A stretch of DNA of 64,000 nt from Pelagomonas calceolata (GCA_918797485.1 CAKKNE010000002.1:2232001-2296000); one strand, 5' to 3'; shown: positions 10,619 through 22,245, counted from the stretch's first letter. Translations and numbers: made by a program. Notes: generated by a model from the sequence alone, not told the origin.

Positions 10619-13513
10619 TCATGCCGCGTTCTCCTCGAGCAGATGCCTCTTCTTCTCGTCCTCCTCGACGGGGTCGTCCCGCGCGCCGATGCACGACAGG
10701 AACGCCTCGCAGCAGGGCAGGCTCATGAGCTTGTAGCAGCCCACCTTGACCGCGTCCTGCACGAGGAAGAAGGCGAGGTTGTAGACCCAGACCACCAGGC
10801 ACGCCTGCTTCGAGATGGCGTACATGGGGTACGTCTTGTCGGAAACGGTGCCGAACATGGCGATGAGGGTCGCCGAGCCCGTCGCGACGAGGAACGCGCA
10901 GAAGAGCGGGACCGCGGGCGCCCGCGAGAAGAAGGGCCCGCGACACCGCGCGCAGAAGAGCGTCAGGAAGTCGCTGATGCTGACCTTGAGGTACATGAGC
11001 ATCAGCAGCTCCTCGTACTTCAGGTAGTAGAGGTCGCCCGCCTCGTTCTGGTAGTCCGACGGCACCTTGCGGTTGAACAGGAAGGCCCACGACGGGTAGA
11101 GGCCGTCGGCGCACTTCAGGCCGAGCCACAGCAGCAGGAGCGACGATCCCAGCGGCACGCAGCCCAAGACGACGGCCACGAGCCGCAGCTCCGGCAGGTT
11201 CCAGTCCTGCGGCGTCTCCGCCGGGATGACGTGGTCCCGCGCGATCGTCAGCATGCAGCCATCATTTAAGATCGTGATGATCACGATGCCCAGCACGGGC
11301 AGCGCGAACGCGAACTGGGCCGGGTGGTAGAAGTACGGGTAGACGCAGGACGCGCCCTCGGAGTCGTGGCAGTCGCCGACGTCGGCGAGGAGCGTGCCGC
11401 TGTCCGGGTTCGTGTAGTCGCAGCTGTCGAAGTAGGAGCCGACGATCTTCCGCTCGTCGTCCATGTAGCAGTAGTAGTCCTCCGGGGCGAAAATGAGCGA
11501 TGCCAGGAAGAAGAAGCCGACGAGCTGCAACGTACACGCTATCCGGTAGATCACGTAATTGCGCACCCTCGCGAAGATGCACCGCGCCGTGAGGATGGCG
11601 TCGATGATGACGCCCAGCCCCGGCTCCGTCAGCACGATGTCCGCCGCGGCGCGCGCCGCGTCCGTGCTGCCCTCGACCGCGATGCCGATCTGGGCCTTCT
11701 TGAGCGCCGGCGCGTCGTTCACGCCGTCGCCCGTCATGCCCACCGTGTGCCTCGCGCCCTGGAGCAGCTCCACGATCCGGTATTTGTGTTCGGGGTAGAC
11801 CTCCGCGAAGCCGTCGACGCGCTCGCACATGTTCGTCGCCGCAGCCTCGGACTGGGCCTCCGCCTTCTGGAACTCCTTCATGTCCAGGATGACCGGCTTC
11901 TCCGCGAGAGCGATGGCCTTCGACGTCTCGACGGCGATGGCCGTCTGGTCGCCGGTGACCATCTTCACGCGCACGCCCATGGCCCGGGCCTTCTCCAGCG
12001 TGTCCCTCGTGTCGTGGCGCGGCGGGTCGAAGAGCGCCAGCACGCCGGCGAAGACGTAGCCCTTGCCCACGTCGCGGCAGACGCCGATCGACCGGAAGCC
12101 CCGGTCCGCGAGGTCCTGGTTCGCCCTCAGGACCTGAGCTCGCACCTTGTCCTTGTCGCGGCACATGTCCAGGATGACCTTCGTCGCGCCCTTCGCTATC
12201 CGCACCTCCTTGCCGTTGGGGCCCGCCAGCCGCGCGACCGTCCGCTTCGTGACGGGATCGAACGGCTCGAAGTCCAATTCGTCATAATCATCAAAGCGCT
12301 TCTTGTCGTCGTTCGACACGGCGTTCGTGACGACCGTGTCGATGGCGTCGGCGCCCTCGCTCATGCGTTTTGCTGCCAAAGCCGCCAGGAAGACCAACTC
12401 GTTCGGCGTGAGCGACGCGTCGACGACGACCGGGTCGAAGAGCTCGAGCTTGTTCTGTGTTAAGGTCCCAGTCTTGTCCGAACAGAGCACGTCCATGCCC
12501 GCCAGTTCTTCGATGGCGGACAGGCGCGCCAGGATCGCCTTCTTCTCGGCGAGGTCCCGGCCGCCGACCGCCATGACCGTCGTAGAAACAACTTGCATGG
12601 CGATGGGAATGCACGCGATGAGGATGACGATGGTCGTCGACAGCGCGTCGAAGGCCGTCAGCCCGCTTTCGAAGAGCTTGATGTAGATGACCGTACATAA
12701 GACGATCGACAGCGAGAGGAGCACGAGCATGTTCTGGAACATGACGCGCTGGAAGCGGCCCTGCTGCTCGCCGGCCGCTCTATTAACCATCTCCGCCGCC
12801 CTCCCAAAAAAGGTCCGGCCGCCCGTGAAGCAGACGATCGCCTCGAGCTCGCCGCGGCGCACGATCGAACCCATGAAGACCGTGTCGTCCGCCGACCGCG
12901 TGACCGGCAGCGATTCGCCCGTCAGCGCCGCCTGGTCCACCTCGAGCGGCTTGCCCGGGCCGAGCTTACTGTCGGCGGGAACGATGTCGCCCAATTTCAA
13001 GTTGATGCGGTCGCCGGGCACGAGGTCCTTGGCCTCGATCGTCGTGAAGCGCCCGTCGCGCTTGACCGAGGCCTTGGGCGCCAGGGACTTTTTCAAAGCT
13101 GATATCGCATCCCCGGCGCTCCGTTCCTCGAAGTAGCCGACCGTGCCGTTGACCAGTTGTAGCACCAGCAAAACCGTGACGTCCTCCTAGTCCCGCTCGA
13201 TGCCGACGACGATCGTCGCGATCCAGATCATGAAGGGCATGGGCCCCCAGAAGAAGCCCAGGAACACGAGCAGCTCGTTGCGCTGCGGCTCCTCGAGGAC
13301 GTTCGGCCCGTAGCGCTCGAGGCGCTCGGCGGCCTCGGCGCTGCTCAGGCCGCCGGGGCCCGTCTTGCAGGCGTAGGCGATCTCGCGCGCCTCCATTGCT
13401 TCGCGGCTCTCGCCCTCGGCCGCCGGCGGCGCGCCGCCGGACGTGGAGGCACCGTAGTCGCCCTGGCTCTCGTTGCCGAGGAGCGGCTGCCGCTGCTCGT
13501 CGTCGCCCGCCAT
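10619..13513 (-). CDS. PMA: P-type (P3A) plasma membrane H+-ATPase, interrupted by an in-frame TAG at 13187-13189
   Basis: Motifs GLSSAEAAERLERYGPN, FWGPMP, LTGES, CSDKTGTLT, FDPPR and GDGVNDAPALK. The two ORFs are in the same frame, separated by one stop (D*ED). Confidence 0.9.
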
Positions 13514-13926
13514 GGTGCCTATCGTGTCATTCGTGCTGCCCTGGGGCTTGGCGCCTGCTCTAGGGCTGCCTTTTTTGCGGCGCGGATGCGATTTTCCCCT
13601 CGATGCCCCCGCCTCGAAAAAGGAAACATAAACCTCCCGACTCTGCGGCCCCGGCGGTGATGTATACGTCAGGCGCGCTGGATGTACCCATGGGGGCGCG
13701 GTTGATCATGCTGGCGCCAGCCGTGCTAGGCGTCGAAAAACCATAACTAGTAGCTCTACCTCTACCTGAATGCAGGCGGATGCGCTTGCCACCGGCAGAG
13801 TGCGGTGCATGCGTTCACCAGTCATTTGTTCGACTTTCACGCTCCTTTCACTGGCTCCTCGTCGTCGGCTCGTTTGATTCGTCAGCTTTGCTGGTTTTGG
13901 CTGCCACTGCAAAGACATCATCTTGC

Positions 13927-15213
13927 ATGCACCGCACAGCAGCCCGTTGCCTCACAACGCTCGCACGAGGCATGATCGACCTGCGTCGCGGCCACCCGCC
14001 CACCGCAGAGCTGCCGCACGCCGCCCTGGCCAAGGCCTGCGCGGCCGCGGCCACGGACCTGACCAGTAACGCCGAAGCAGGCCTCGCGATCCAGTACGGC
14101 GCGCCGCGCGGCTGCGCGAGCCACCTGGACACGCTGCAGCGGTGGCTCGAGCGCCGCTACGGGTCGATGGTGCGGCGCGACGGCCTCTTCACGACGAACG
14201 GCGCGTCGCACGGCCTAGAGCTCTGCGCGGCCGCGCTGACGGCACCGGGCGACGAGGTCGTGATGGAGGCGCCGACGTACTTTCTGGCCGCGCAAGTGTT
14301 CCGGGACCACGGGCTGTCGATTCGCTCGGCGCCCGTCGACGCGGGCGGCCTCGACGTAGATGCGCTCGAGCGGGCGCTCCGGGCGGGCACGTCGCGGCCG
14401 AAGGCTTTGTACGTCGTCCCGCGCCACGGCAACCCGTCGGGCGCGTCACTGGACAAAGATAGGCGCGCAAAGCTCGCGGCGCTCGCGCGCGAGTTCGGCT
14501 TCTACGTCTTCGCCGACGACGTGTACCACCTCCTCGACTGGTCCAGCGCTCCCTTGCGGCGGCTCCTCGAGTACGACGCGGCCTACGCCTCGGGCGAGTC
14601 GGCCGGCGGCGGCGACAGCTCGGATCCCGCCGCCGCCGCGGGGGGCGACACCGCGGCGCTCGCCATCCCCGACGACGCCCGCGTCGTGTCGATTTCGTCC
14701 TTCTCCAAGGTGCTCGCGCCGGGGCTGCGGTTGGGCTGGATTGAGGCCGCGCCGTCCATCGTCGCGGCGGTGGCGCGCAGGGGCTACGTGGTCTCGGGCG
14801 GCGGCTGCGCGCCCTTCACCGAGCAGATCGTCGCGCGCGTCTTGGAGAGCGGCGACGCGGACACGCATCTGGACGCGATGCGGCGGCGATGTCGGAGCCG
14901 CTGCGACGCGTTGCTCGGCGCGCTTGACGACGCAGCGGACGTCCTGCGGCCGCTCTGCCGACCCACCGGCGGCTTCTTCGTCTGGGTCGAGATCCTCGTC
15001 GAGGGCGTGACGGCGGCGCGACTGCGCGACGCCTGCGCGGAGGACGTGGCGTTCCTTGTCGGGGACGCCTGCGACTGCGATGGCCTTCCCATCGGCGACG
15101 TCGCACCAGCGTGTCTGGACCGGCACCTACGTTTGTGCTTCGCCATGCTTGATGAAAATGAGCTGGTCGAGGGCGTCGCGCGCATCGCGAGGCGTGCGCG
15201 CGAATTACGGTAA
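13927..15213 (+). CDS. PLP-dependent class I/II aminotransferase (2-aminoadipate transaminase-like)
   Basis: Motifs GNPSG, DDVY, SFSKVLAPGLRLGW and GGFFVW. Confidence 0.9.
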   Translation: MHRTAARCLTTLARGMIDLRRGHPPTAELPHAALAKACAAAATDLTSNAEAGLAIQYGAPRGCASHLDTLQRWLERRYGSMVRRDGLFTTNGASHGLELCAAALTAPGDEVVMEAPTYFLAAQVFRDHGLSIRSAPVDAGGLDVDALERALRAGTSRPKALYVVPRHGNPSGASLDKDRRAKLAALAREFGFYVFADDVYHLLDWSSAPLRRLLEYDAAYASGESAGGGDSSDPAAAAGGDTAALAIPDDARVVSISSFSKVLAPGLRLGWIEAAPSIVAAVARRGYVVSGGGCAPFTEQIVARVLESGDADTHLDAMRRRCRSRCDALLGALDDAADVLRPLCRPTGGFFVWVEILVEGVTAARLRDACAEDVAFLVGDACDCDGLPIGDVAPACLDRHLRLCFAMLDENELVEGVARIARRARELR

Positions 15214-15290
15214 TGAATGTGTGTCTAGGCGCGGGGAAGTAGGGCGCCCGCGGTCACGGGGGGGGGGGAGCCTAACCTATGTGTCACGAG

Positions 15291-15825
15291 TCGACTGCGA
15301 ACTCCTTATGAGCGCTGGGGGAGAAGAGGAAACGACACGCGGGGTAGTAAGAGGAACGATGTGGGGGTAACAGTGCAGGGGGAACATGACGGCCCTGAAG
15401 AAGGCCGTTCGGACCCGGAGGGGCGTGGAGCCCGCGGGCCGGCCCGCCCGACGTGAGGTCGAGCTGGGGAAGAAGAGCACGAACGAACTCGTCCATCGCT
15501 CGTGATCGAGGATGTCGGCCATGCCCCAGGCCCGGCCTTCGCTGCTGGGCCCCCGCTCCACCCGGAAGGTGCAGCCGGTCCAGTCGTCGCGCGCCTCGTT
15601 CTTGTGGTTGTTCTCGTCCGTCGCCATGGTCCTCTGCGCCGCGCTTGCGCCGTAGACGGCCGCCGCCCCAGATCGTTCTGCGCTCTGCGATTTTTTTGAT
15701 TCGCAAAGGGGCCTGGCGCCCCCCGGCCGGGTCCGCGGCGCGGGCGCGGCCCGGGAGGGCTCGGGGGCCTTGGGGGAGGCAATACTACGGAGTTTCTAGT
15801 CGCTGGAGGCGTCGGGGACCCGTCA
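15291..15825 (-). mobile_element. Repeat family copy B (internally deleted, ends only)
   Basis: The same left and right terminal blocks as 4094-8303, joined almost directly. Confidence 0.85.
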
Positions 15826-15889
15826 ACGCGCGCGCCTGTGCGGCGGCACAAACTTCTTTCACACCCTACTTAGACGACCTCCAGCTAGC

Positions 15890-17809
15890 TCACTTCTTGT
15901 CGACAAGGTGCGGGAACACGTCCCGCTTCAGCTGCTTCTCGTAGCGCTTCCACGCCGCGAGCGACTGCGTGTGGAACGGCGGCGCCCGAGCCTCGACGGC
16001 GCCGTAGGACGTCAATGCCACCTCCGTCTCGTTCGGCGTCAAACAGAGCTCGCACGCCTCCAAGCCCAGCCACGCGACGACGTCGTTCAACACCTTCTGG
16101 GGGTTGCTAATCAATTTCTCGTACTCGACGAGTTTCACCCGGTCGGGCATCGTTTTGAGCCAGTGGTCCTCGAGTTTGCGAATCGCATGCAACCGCGCCC
16201 CCAGGTCCTCGGGCTTGTCCGCCCAGGCCCGTTCGCCGTTGGCGAAGGCCGCCTTGTAGCAGCTGAACGCCACGGCCTTGGGGTCCCTCCTAATAATCAG
16301 CGCCTTGAAATCCGGCGCCTCCGCCTCCAAATACTGGGCGGCGGCCCCCAGCCACCACACGTTTTCCAGCGCGGCGTCGATGGCGAAGGACGCGTTCTCC
16401 TTTTGCGGCGATACGGCTCTCGCGTGGTGCCGCCTCCTATAAGCGCGTCCTAAATCGGCGAGGTCCTCCTCGGAGGCGCGGTCGAAGAATGCGAGGCCCC
16501 GCTCCGCGGCGAGGTCCGCTAACACGGGCGTAGCGTCGCCGTCCGTCGCGATGCCATCGTGCCGCGACAGCGCCGCGTGGAGCAGCGTGCCGCCGCTTCG
16601 CGGCGCGCCCATGATAAACAACTGGGCGGGGCCCTCGACGGGTGAGGGCCGGTTCTTGTTCGCCTCGTCCTTGAGCTCGATGGACGCGTCGCCGGCCACG
16701 TGGTCTAAGAGGTCCTGGTCGGCCTTCTTGCGGTCCGCGCGCTTCTGCTTCGCCTTGGCGCCGCCCGGGAAGGCCCGGATGAAGTCCGTCGCGGCGCCCT
16801 CCGAGATCTCGGGGGCGCTCCCCTTGACGATGTGCGGCGCCGCCGCGTCCCTCCTCGCGGCGTTCGCCGCCACGAGCGAGGCCCAGGCCCGTTCCGGCTC
16901 GGCCTTCGAGTAGTCGAGGTAGACGAACTCGGCCTGCTTGATGGCCGCCAGGTCCGCGGGGGACCCCTCCTTCGTCGCCTGCGCCGCGAACTCCTGGAGC
17001 GACTCCGCGAAGCCGTCGAGCGCCGCCGGGTCGCCGAACCCGCTCCTTAACAAGTCGACGCCGACCGCGTCGCCCGTCGACGCGTTCGCGGACGTCGCGA
17101 GGTGCGCCAGGGCCAACACGGTCTCCGGGCGCGGGTCCACCGTCCAGGCGAGCTTCTCGGCCTCCGCTGCCTCGCGCAGCTTGCCCAGGGCCACGCCGGC
17201 CTTGGCGTAGTAGCGGTGCGCCGCGGCGTTCGCGGGGTCCTGGCTCGAGGCCTTGCTCCACGCCGCAATCGCGCTCCGGAAGTAGCGCGCGCCGCCGCCG
17301 CTATACTGGGCGACGCCGTAGTTCACCAGAGCCGCGGCGCGCTCCCGGTCGTCCTTCGCCCGGGCATAGCCTTCGGTGCACATCTGGAGCGCATCGGCGT
17401 ACTCGCCGAGGAGCTTGAGCGCGTGGCACAGGTTCGTGTAGGCCGGCGACAAGGCCGGCGCGAGCTGGATCGCGTCCCTGTAGAGAGAGATGGCCTCGTG
17501 CGGCGCGCCGCGCGCGACGGCCGCGTCGGCTCGCGCCTGGACGACGGCCCACTCGGCCGCGGCCTCGGCGGTCGTCTCGATCGCGGCGGCGGTCTTGGCC
17601 CGGCTCGCCCGGCGGCTCGGCTTGCGCGGGAAGAGCTTCCGTCGCGCGCGCGGCCAGGCGGTCTTGGCGGCCCAGGCCAGCACGGCGACGGCCGCGACGC
17701 CGGCGTAGCGCCGGAGCCACTTGCCGAGCGCGTCGCGGCGGTTGCGCCGCGCGAGGGTCTGCTGCGAGCGGCCGGCGGCGCCCGGCGGGAGCTGCGCTTT
17801 TTTGGGCAT
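15890..17809 (-). CDS. TPR-repeat plus sulfotransferase-family protein
   Basis: TPR-like helices, LFIMGAPRSGGTLL (PAPS-loop type), IRRDP and VEYEKL motifs; N-terminal transmembrane segment. Confidence 0.85.
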   Translation of the reverse strand: MPKKAQLPPGAAGRSQQTLARRNRRDALGKWLRRYAGVAAVAVLAWAAKTAWPRARRKLFPRKPSRRASRAKTAAAIETTAEAAAEWAVVQARADAAVARGAPHEAISLYRDAIQLAPALSPAYTNLCHALKLLGEYADALQMCTEGYARAKDDRERAAALVNYGVAQYSGGGARYFRSAIAAWSKASSQDPANAAAHRYYAKAGVALGKLREAAEAEKLAWTVDPRPETVLALAHLATSANASTGDAVGVDLLRSGFGDPAALDGFAESLQEFAAQATKEGSPADLAAIKQAEFVYLDYSKAEPERAWASLVAANAARRDAAAPHIVKGSAPEISEGAATDFIRAFPGGAKAKQKRADRKKADQDLLDHVAGDASIELKDEANKNRPSPVEGPAQLFIMGAPRSGGTLLHAALSRHDGIATDGDATPVLADLAAERGLAFFDRASEEDLADLGRAYRRRHHARAVSPQKENASFAIDAALENVWWLGAAAQYLEAEAPDFKALIIRRDPKAVAFSCYKAAFANGERAWADKPEDLGARLHAIRKLEDHWLKTMPDRVKLVEYEKLISNPQKVLNDVVAWLGLEACELCLTPNETEVALTSYGAVEARAPPFHTQSLAAWKRYEKQLKRDVFPHLVDKK

Positions 17810-18092
17810 GGTGTTAGCCTCGCCGAGGTGATTTGCACTTGCAGCCACTCGCTGGTGAAATTGCTATGCGGCGTTGCTTAGAGCGTTTTTTAAGCTGCGC
17901 AGCGGTTGCCGGGTAAAAGCCAGTTCTTCTCTGCTCAAACACACAATATTAGTTAAGGCTGTGCAAACCTGGGCGTCGCAAAGGGCAATAAATGACATCT
18001 AGTGTCTTAGGCCGCTAGCTCGTGATGCCGCGCTCGCCACTAGTTCAGCACCGTAACAATATAACTGGTACGCTCTCCTTCCAACAACAGGT

Positions 18093-18794
18093 TTACGCCC
18101 AAATCGACGACGACCCCTCCTCGTCCCCGGCGCGAAGGAGATACACGAGCTCAAGGCGCCGGATCGCTAGCCACGTCCCGAGCCCGGCACCGTCATAAAA
18201 CGCCTCGGGCACGGCGAACAGCTCCCCGCGCTCGGCGCCGGCCTGGGCAAGCGCGTCGGCCACGTGATTGCCCGCGACGTCCGCGTGCGCAGCTACGGCA
18301 CTTAACGACGTCTCCGCGCCGCGAAGGCGCAAGATCGCCATGCATGCTCGCGCCAGGGCCGCGCCCGGCGGCGCCAGGGCAGAGGTGGCCTCGCCGCTCT
18401 TAAGCGTCCGGAGGGCGAGCGCCGAGTCTGAGTACACATCCAGCGGTGAATTGCGGGCGGCGCAAAAGATCGCGTGGAAGATCGCAGAAATCTCAGCGAT
18501 GTTGTTCGCGCCAGGCGTGGTGCCGACGCGCGGCGGCAGCGCTAGCGAGCGATTCCGTGCGTCGCCGTCGGCATAGTAGACACCGCATCCCGCGCGGCCG
18601 CCCCTCGCCGAGCCGTCGACGAAGCATGCCCTTGCGCGGCTTTTGCTGGTGTAGAGCTTGGGCGGGTAGCCCTTGCGCGGCGCGCGCTCGGTGATCTCGA
18701 CGCGCTGCGGCCTCGTCCATTGCGAGGCCACGAGAGCGACGAGGGCGCGGAGGTAGGCCGCAGCCAGACGCAATATTTGCAGTGGTCGCGCCAC
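18093..18794 (-). CDS. Ribonuclease H (RNase HI-like) domain protein; start uncertain
   Basis: Motifs FVDGS, NNIAE, YSDS and AHADVAGNHVADALA. Confidence 0.8.
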   Translation of the reverse strand: MARPLQILRLAAAYLRALVALVASQWTRPQRVEITERAPRKGYPPKLYTSKSRARACFVDGSARGGRAGCGVYYADGDARNRSLALPPRVGTTPGANNIAEISAIFHAIFCAARNSPLDVYSDSALALRTLKSGEATSALAPPGAALARACMAILRLRGAETSLSAVAAHADVAGNHVADALAQAGAERGELFAVPEAFYDGAGLGTWLAIRRLELVYLLRAGDEEGSSSIWA

Positions 18795-19180
18795 GATGCT
18801 TATTCACTCATGCTGCCGCGGAGCCTGCACAAGCCTGCACTGAGCAGCTGGTCCAATGGTGATCGCACAATGCGGTGCGCGTGCCGCAGCTTGCAAAACG
18901 TGACGGACAAATAGCAGTCTTGCACCACTATATCGATCCCGTCGTGGTGTTTTTTTTTGCAGTCTCATAGCTCTGTGCCAGAGCCTGGCAAAACCAGACG
19001 AGAGATGCAGCGCTCCGGGCCAGGAGCCGTCTCGCCGGAGTCAATATCTTCACTGACACCGTTGCTTCGCTGTCGCAAAAACCCGCGACCCAAGCAGCAA
19101 GCACTTGGCTCGCAGAGAACACGAGACAGCAGACGGCCGCGCCGCTGCCTGCCGACCTATTCACTGCGGTAAATACCACC

Positions 19181-19977
19181 ATGCATTCGCGCCTCACACT
19201 GTGCGCATTCCTGCCGGCGCTGCTGCAAGCGCTCCAGCCCGCGCGGGCACCGCCTGCCAGGCCCGTGAGCACACGGGCACGCGCGACGGTCATGGCGAAT
19301 AGTTTGACGACCATTTCCGCCAACAACCTCAAGATGACGGATAACATCAAAGCGTGCGGCGCGCCGCGTCCCTTGGATACCGCGCGCCGCCCGAAACCCC
19401 CGCCAGGCGGGAGAGAAGGCGGGAGAGAAGCCAGGCGCGGAGAGGAGCCAACGCCACCGCGCGCAGGTACGTCGAAGAGAAGATCGGCGGCGTCGTCGAG
19501 AAGTACGCCGGCGTGTCCCAGAGATGCGACACCCACCTGAGCGTGATGCGGAACCCCGCCGTCGCCGACAGCGACGTCGCCGAGGTCGTGGTCTTCTGCA
19601 AGGGCGAGGTCGTCCGCGCCGAGGAGCGAAGCCCGAGCATGTACTCGTCGATCGACCTCGTGGCCGACAAGGTCGCGCGGAAGCTCCGCAAGGTCAAGGA
19701 GCGCCGCGAGGGCAAGCGCAACAAGCCGCAGCTGAAGATGAGCCTGGGCGAGATGCTCGAGGACCCCGTCGAGATGGAGCCCGAGGTCTTCGACGCGACG
19801 TCCCTCATCCGGCGCAAGACGCACGCGATGCCGGCGCAGTCGCTGTCCGACGCGATGATCTGCATGGACGGCCTGGACCACGACTTCTACATGTTCACGA
19901 ACGAGGAGACGGGGAAGATCAACGTCATGTACAAGCGCAAGGAGGGGGGCCTCGGCCTCATCGAGCCCGAGAACTGA
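19181..19977 (+). CDS. PSRP1: Ribosome hibernation factor HPF/PSRP1-like, plastid-targeted; intron at 19354-19466
   Basis: Spliced sequence MTDNIKA|YVEEKI, plus MYSSIDLVADKVARKLRKVKER and the C-terminal HDFYMF...INVMYKRKEGGLGLI. Confidence 0.85.
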
Positions 19978-20693
19978 GGCCGCGGCGCCGGGGCGCCTCC
20001 GGGCTAACGTATCTTCTATTTAGTGAGTACCTGGGGCCGCCTCCGTCCTCGATTCCTAACTTTTTTATCTATTATACAGGCAAGGGGACGAAGGGGAGAT
20101 GTATACATGCCGCCAGAGGAGATGACCGGGAGCACGCACATACTTGAGTTCATCTTTCCGCCGGCGGTTTCGCGGTCGCGGTGGTTCGATCGCCGCCAAA
20201 TTTGTGGTGTCGTTGGTGGTCCTCCGGCGGACGACTGAACGCGTGTGAGACGCTGGTTTGCGCGCTAGCTACGGTCTCGGTTTTGGCCACAGTTCAGGGC
20301 CTGTCGTCTTCCAGATTGGGTTTTGGCCGCCGCGGGATCGTCTGTGGTTCGCGCCGCTGTTTTTGGCTACAGTAGTAATAAGTTTTTGCGGATAAACGAG
20401 GACGGGCCCGCGCGGAAAAGGTGAGTGTATAAGCCTTTACTTTGGCCTCATCAGGCGAAGGCTGCTTTACCTTGAGCCTACAACTCGCGCGACTGTTTTC
20501 TCTGGGCTCGTAGTCGACTTATTAAGACAGATATAAAGAAAACGTAGCTTCGCACGGGTTTTTGCCTTTTTTGGAGCTTTGAAAGAAGCCGCTTTTGTGC
20601 CGCTGCACAGCACTGCTCTAACAGCTTTGCAGCTTTGGACCGCTGTGTCACCACAGCTCAACCCACAGCTCACCGATCGAGCACGACCAGGAG

Positions 20694-22067
20694 ATGGAGC
20701 ATCCACCACCGCTACCCACAACAAGCCTCGAGGACCTGCCGCCGCCCTACCTCGACTACCTCGACGCGGCGGCCCTCTGCCGGCTGGGCTACGGCACGAC
20801 AAAGAAGCAGCACTACGGCGTCACGTCCGCAGTGGTGCGATGCGCGACCGAACGCGACGCGGTGCCGTTGAGCACCTCGACGCCGCCGGGCGCGCGTGAC
20901 GCGCTTGAGCTCCTGCGGCGGCGCGAGCGGGCCGTGTGCTGGGAGCCCTTCGGCGCCCGCAGCCAGTTTCTGCAGCGGCGGTGGCGCCGCGGCCCGACGA
21001 CGCCCGACGACGCGCCGCGCGACGGCGACGACGACGACGAGCCGCCGCGGCCCTGGCGCTACCGCGAGCTCCGAACGACGGCCGCGGGGCTCGTGCTGGA
21101 CGGCGGCGGCGAGATGAACTTCACGGGCGTGCACCGGCCCTTCGGCGGCGTGCGGCGGCCGACGCGCATCCGCTTCCAGTACTGCGCGCCGGCGCGGTCC
21201 GCGTCGCGGGGCTACTGCAACGTCTGCTTCTCGTCCGCCGACGCGGCGCACCGGGCGCTGCGCTTCTTCCGGATCGGCCACCCCGACGTCTTCTCGTTCC
21301 TCATCCCGCTCTGGGCCGGCGACCGGCTCCAGCTCTGGCTGCCGCGGTCGCGGTACGCCGTCGCGCTCGCGGGGCCCGACGAGGCCGCGGCCGACGCGAA
21401 GCACGACGTCGACTGTCGCTTGCTTTGGGACGTCGCCGGGGAAATCGGCGCGCCGGCGCTCTGGATGGACGTGCGCGTCGACGGCCGGCGCCACCACGAC
21501 GGGCCGCTGGCCATGAAGCTGCCCCCGTCGTACGACGGCCTGCGGCACGTGTACCTCTTCAACTGGGTCCAGGACGAGAACACGTTTGTGGGTACGCCGC
21601 CGGCGCAGCGGCCCCCGTCGCCCGTGTCGAACGCGCGCTGCGTCATCAGCGATCTGTTCGTCGAGGACGGCCCCGTCGACGCGGAGTTCCTAACGAACGT
21701 GCGGAGCGAGGCGCGGCGCCGCGCGGAGTGCTTCCGGCACGGCGTCGAGCTCGAGGGAGTGTTGCAAGCCCTCGGCGTCGGCGTCCAGAGCGCCGGCACC
21801 GACCCGGTCATCGTCGTCGAGGGCGACCCGCAAGCGCACACGCTGGGCGACTTCGACGAGAGGGACGCGGACGGCAGCGGCGACGACGACGACGGCTCGA
21901 TATTCAGTTTTGACGACGACGAGAGCGGCGACGGCTCCGACGCCGAGTCGCGCTCGGACTTCGACGAGGAGGACGAGGAGGACGAGGGCGTCGCGCGGCC
22001 GGCGTCCTTCGCCGAGATCGTCGACGACGACGTCGACGTCGACGAGGCGCCTAATCTGTCTGTCTAG
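20694..22067 (+). CDS. Hypothetical protein with F-box-like N-terminus and acidic tail
   Basis: 457-aa ORF with GC3-rich codons; LEDLPP..LDYLDAAALCRL. Confidence 0.65.
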   Translation: MEHPPPLPTTSLEDLPPPYLDYLDAAALCRLGYGTTKKQHYGVTSAVVRCATERDAVPLSTSTPPGARDALELLRRRERAVCWEPFGARSQFLQRRWRRGPTTPDDAPRDGDDDDEPPRPWRYRELRTTAAGLVLDGGGEMNFTGVHRPFGGVRRPTRIRFQYCAPARSASRGYCNVCFSSADAAHRALRFFRIGHPDVFSFLIPLWAGDRLQLWLPRSRYAVALAGPDEAAADAKHDVDCRLLWDVAGEIGAPALWMDVRVDGRRHHDGPLAMKLPPSYDGLRHVYLFNWVQDENTFVGTPPAQRPPSPVSNARCVISDLFVEDGPVDAEFLTNVRSEARRRAECFRHGVELEGVLQALGVGVQSAGTDPVIVVEGDPQAHTLGDFDERDADGSGDDDDGSIFSFDDDESGDGSDAESRSDFDEEDEEDEGVARPASFAEIVDDDVDVDEAPNLSV

Positions 22068-22245
22068 CTCTATTGATTGGAGCTAGCGTCCTACATACTA
22101 GGACTACTTGCACGCCTGTGCAGGCTGCACGCGCACGCCGATCGCCCGCATTTGCACACTCAGCTATGCGCTGTTAGCCAGTCATCAATTCGCAGAGCGC
22201 ACGAGATCATTTGACATTGCAAAGCAATTGCTCTCAATCTAGGAG

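Noticed and set aside
18093..18794. RNase H as a retrotransposon remnant
   Set aside because: No RT, integrase or LTR is nearby, and the N-terminal extension suggests a cellular gene.
19354..19466. PSRP1 intron as an introner
   Set aside because: It has no TIR, TSD or family core and looks like an ordinary GT-AG intron.
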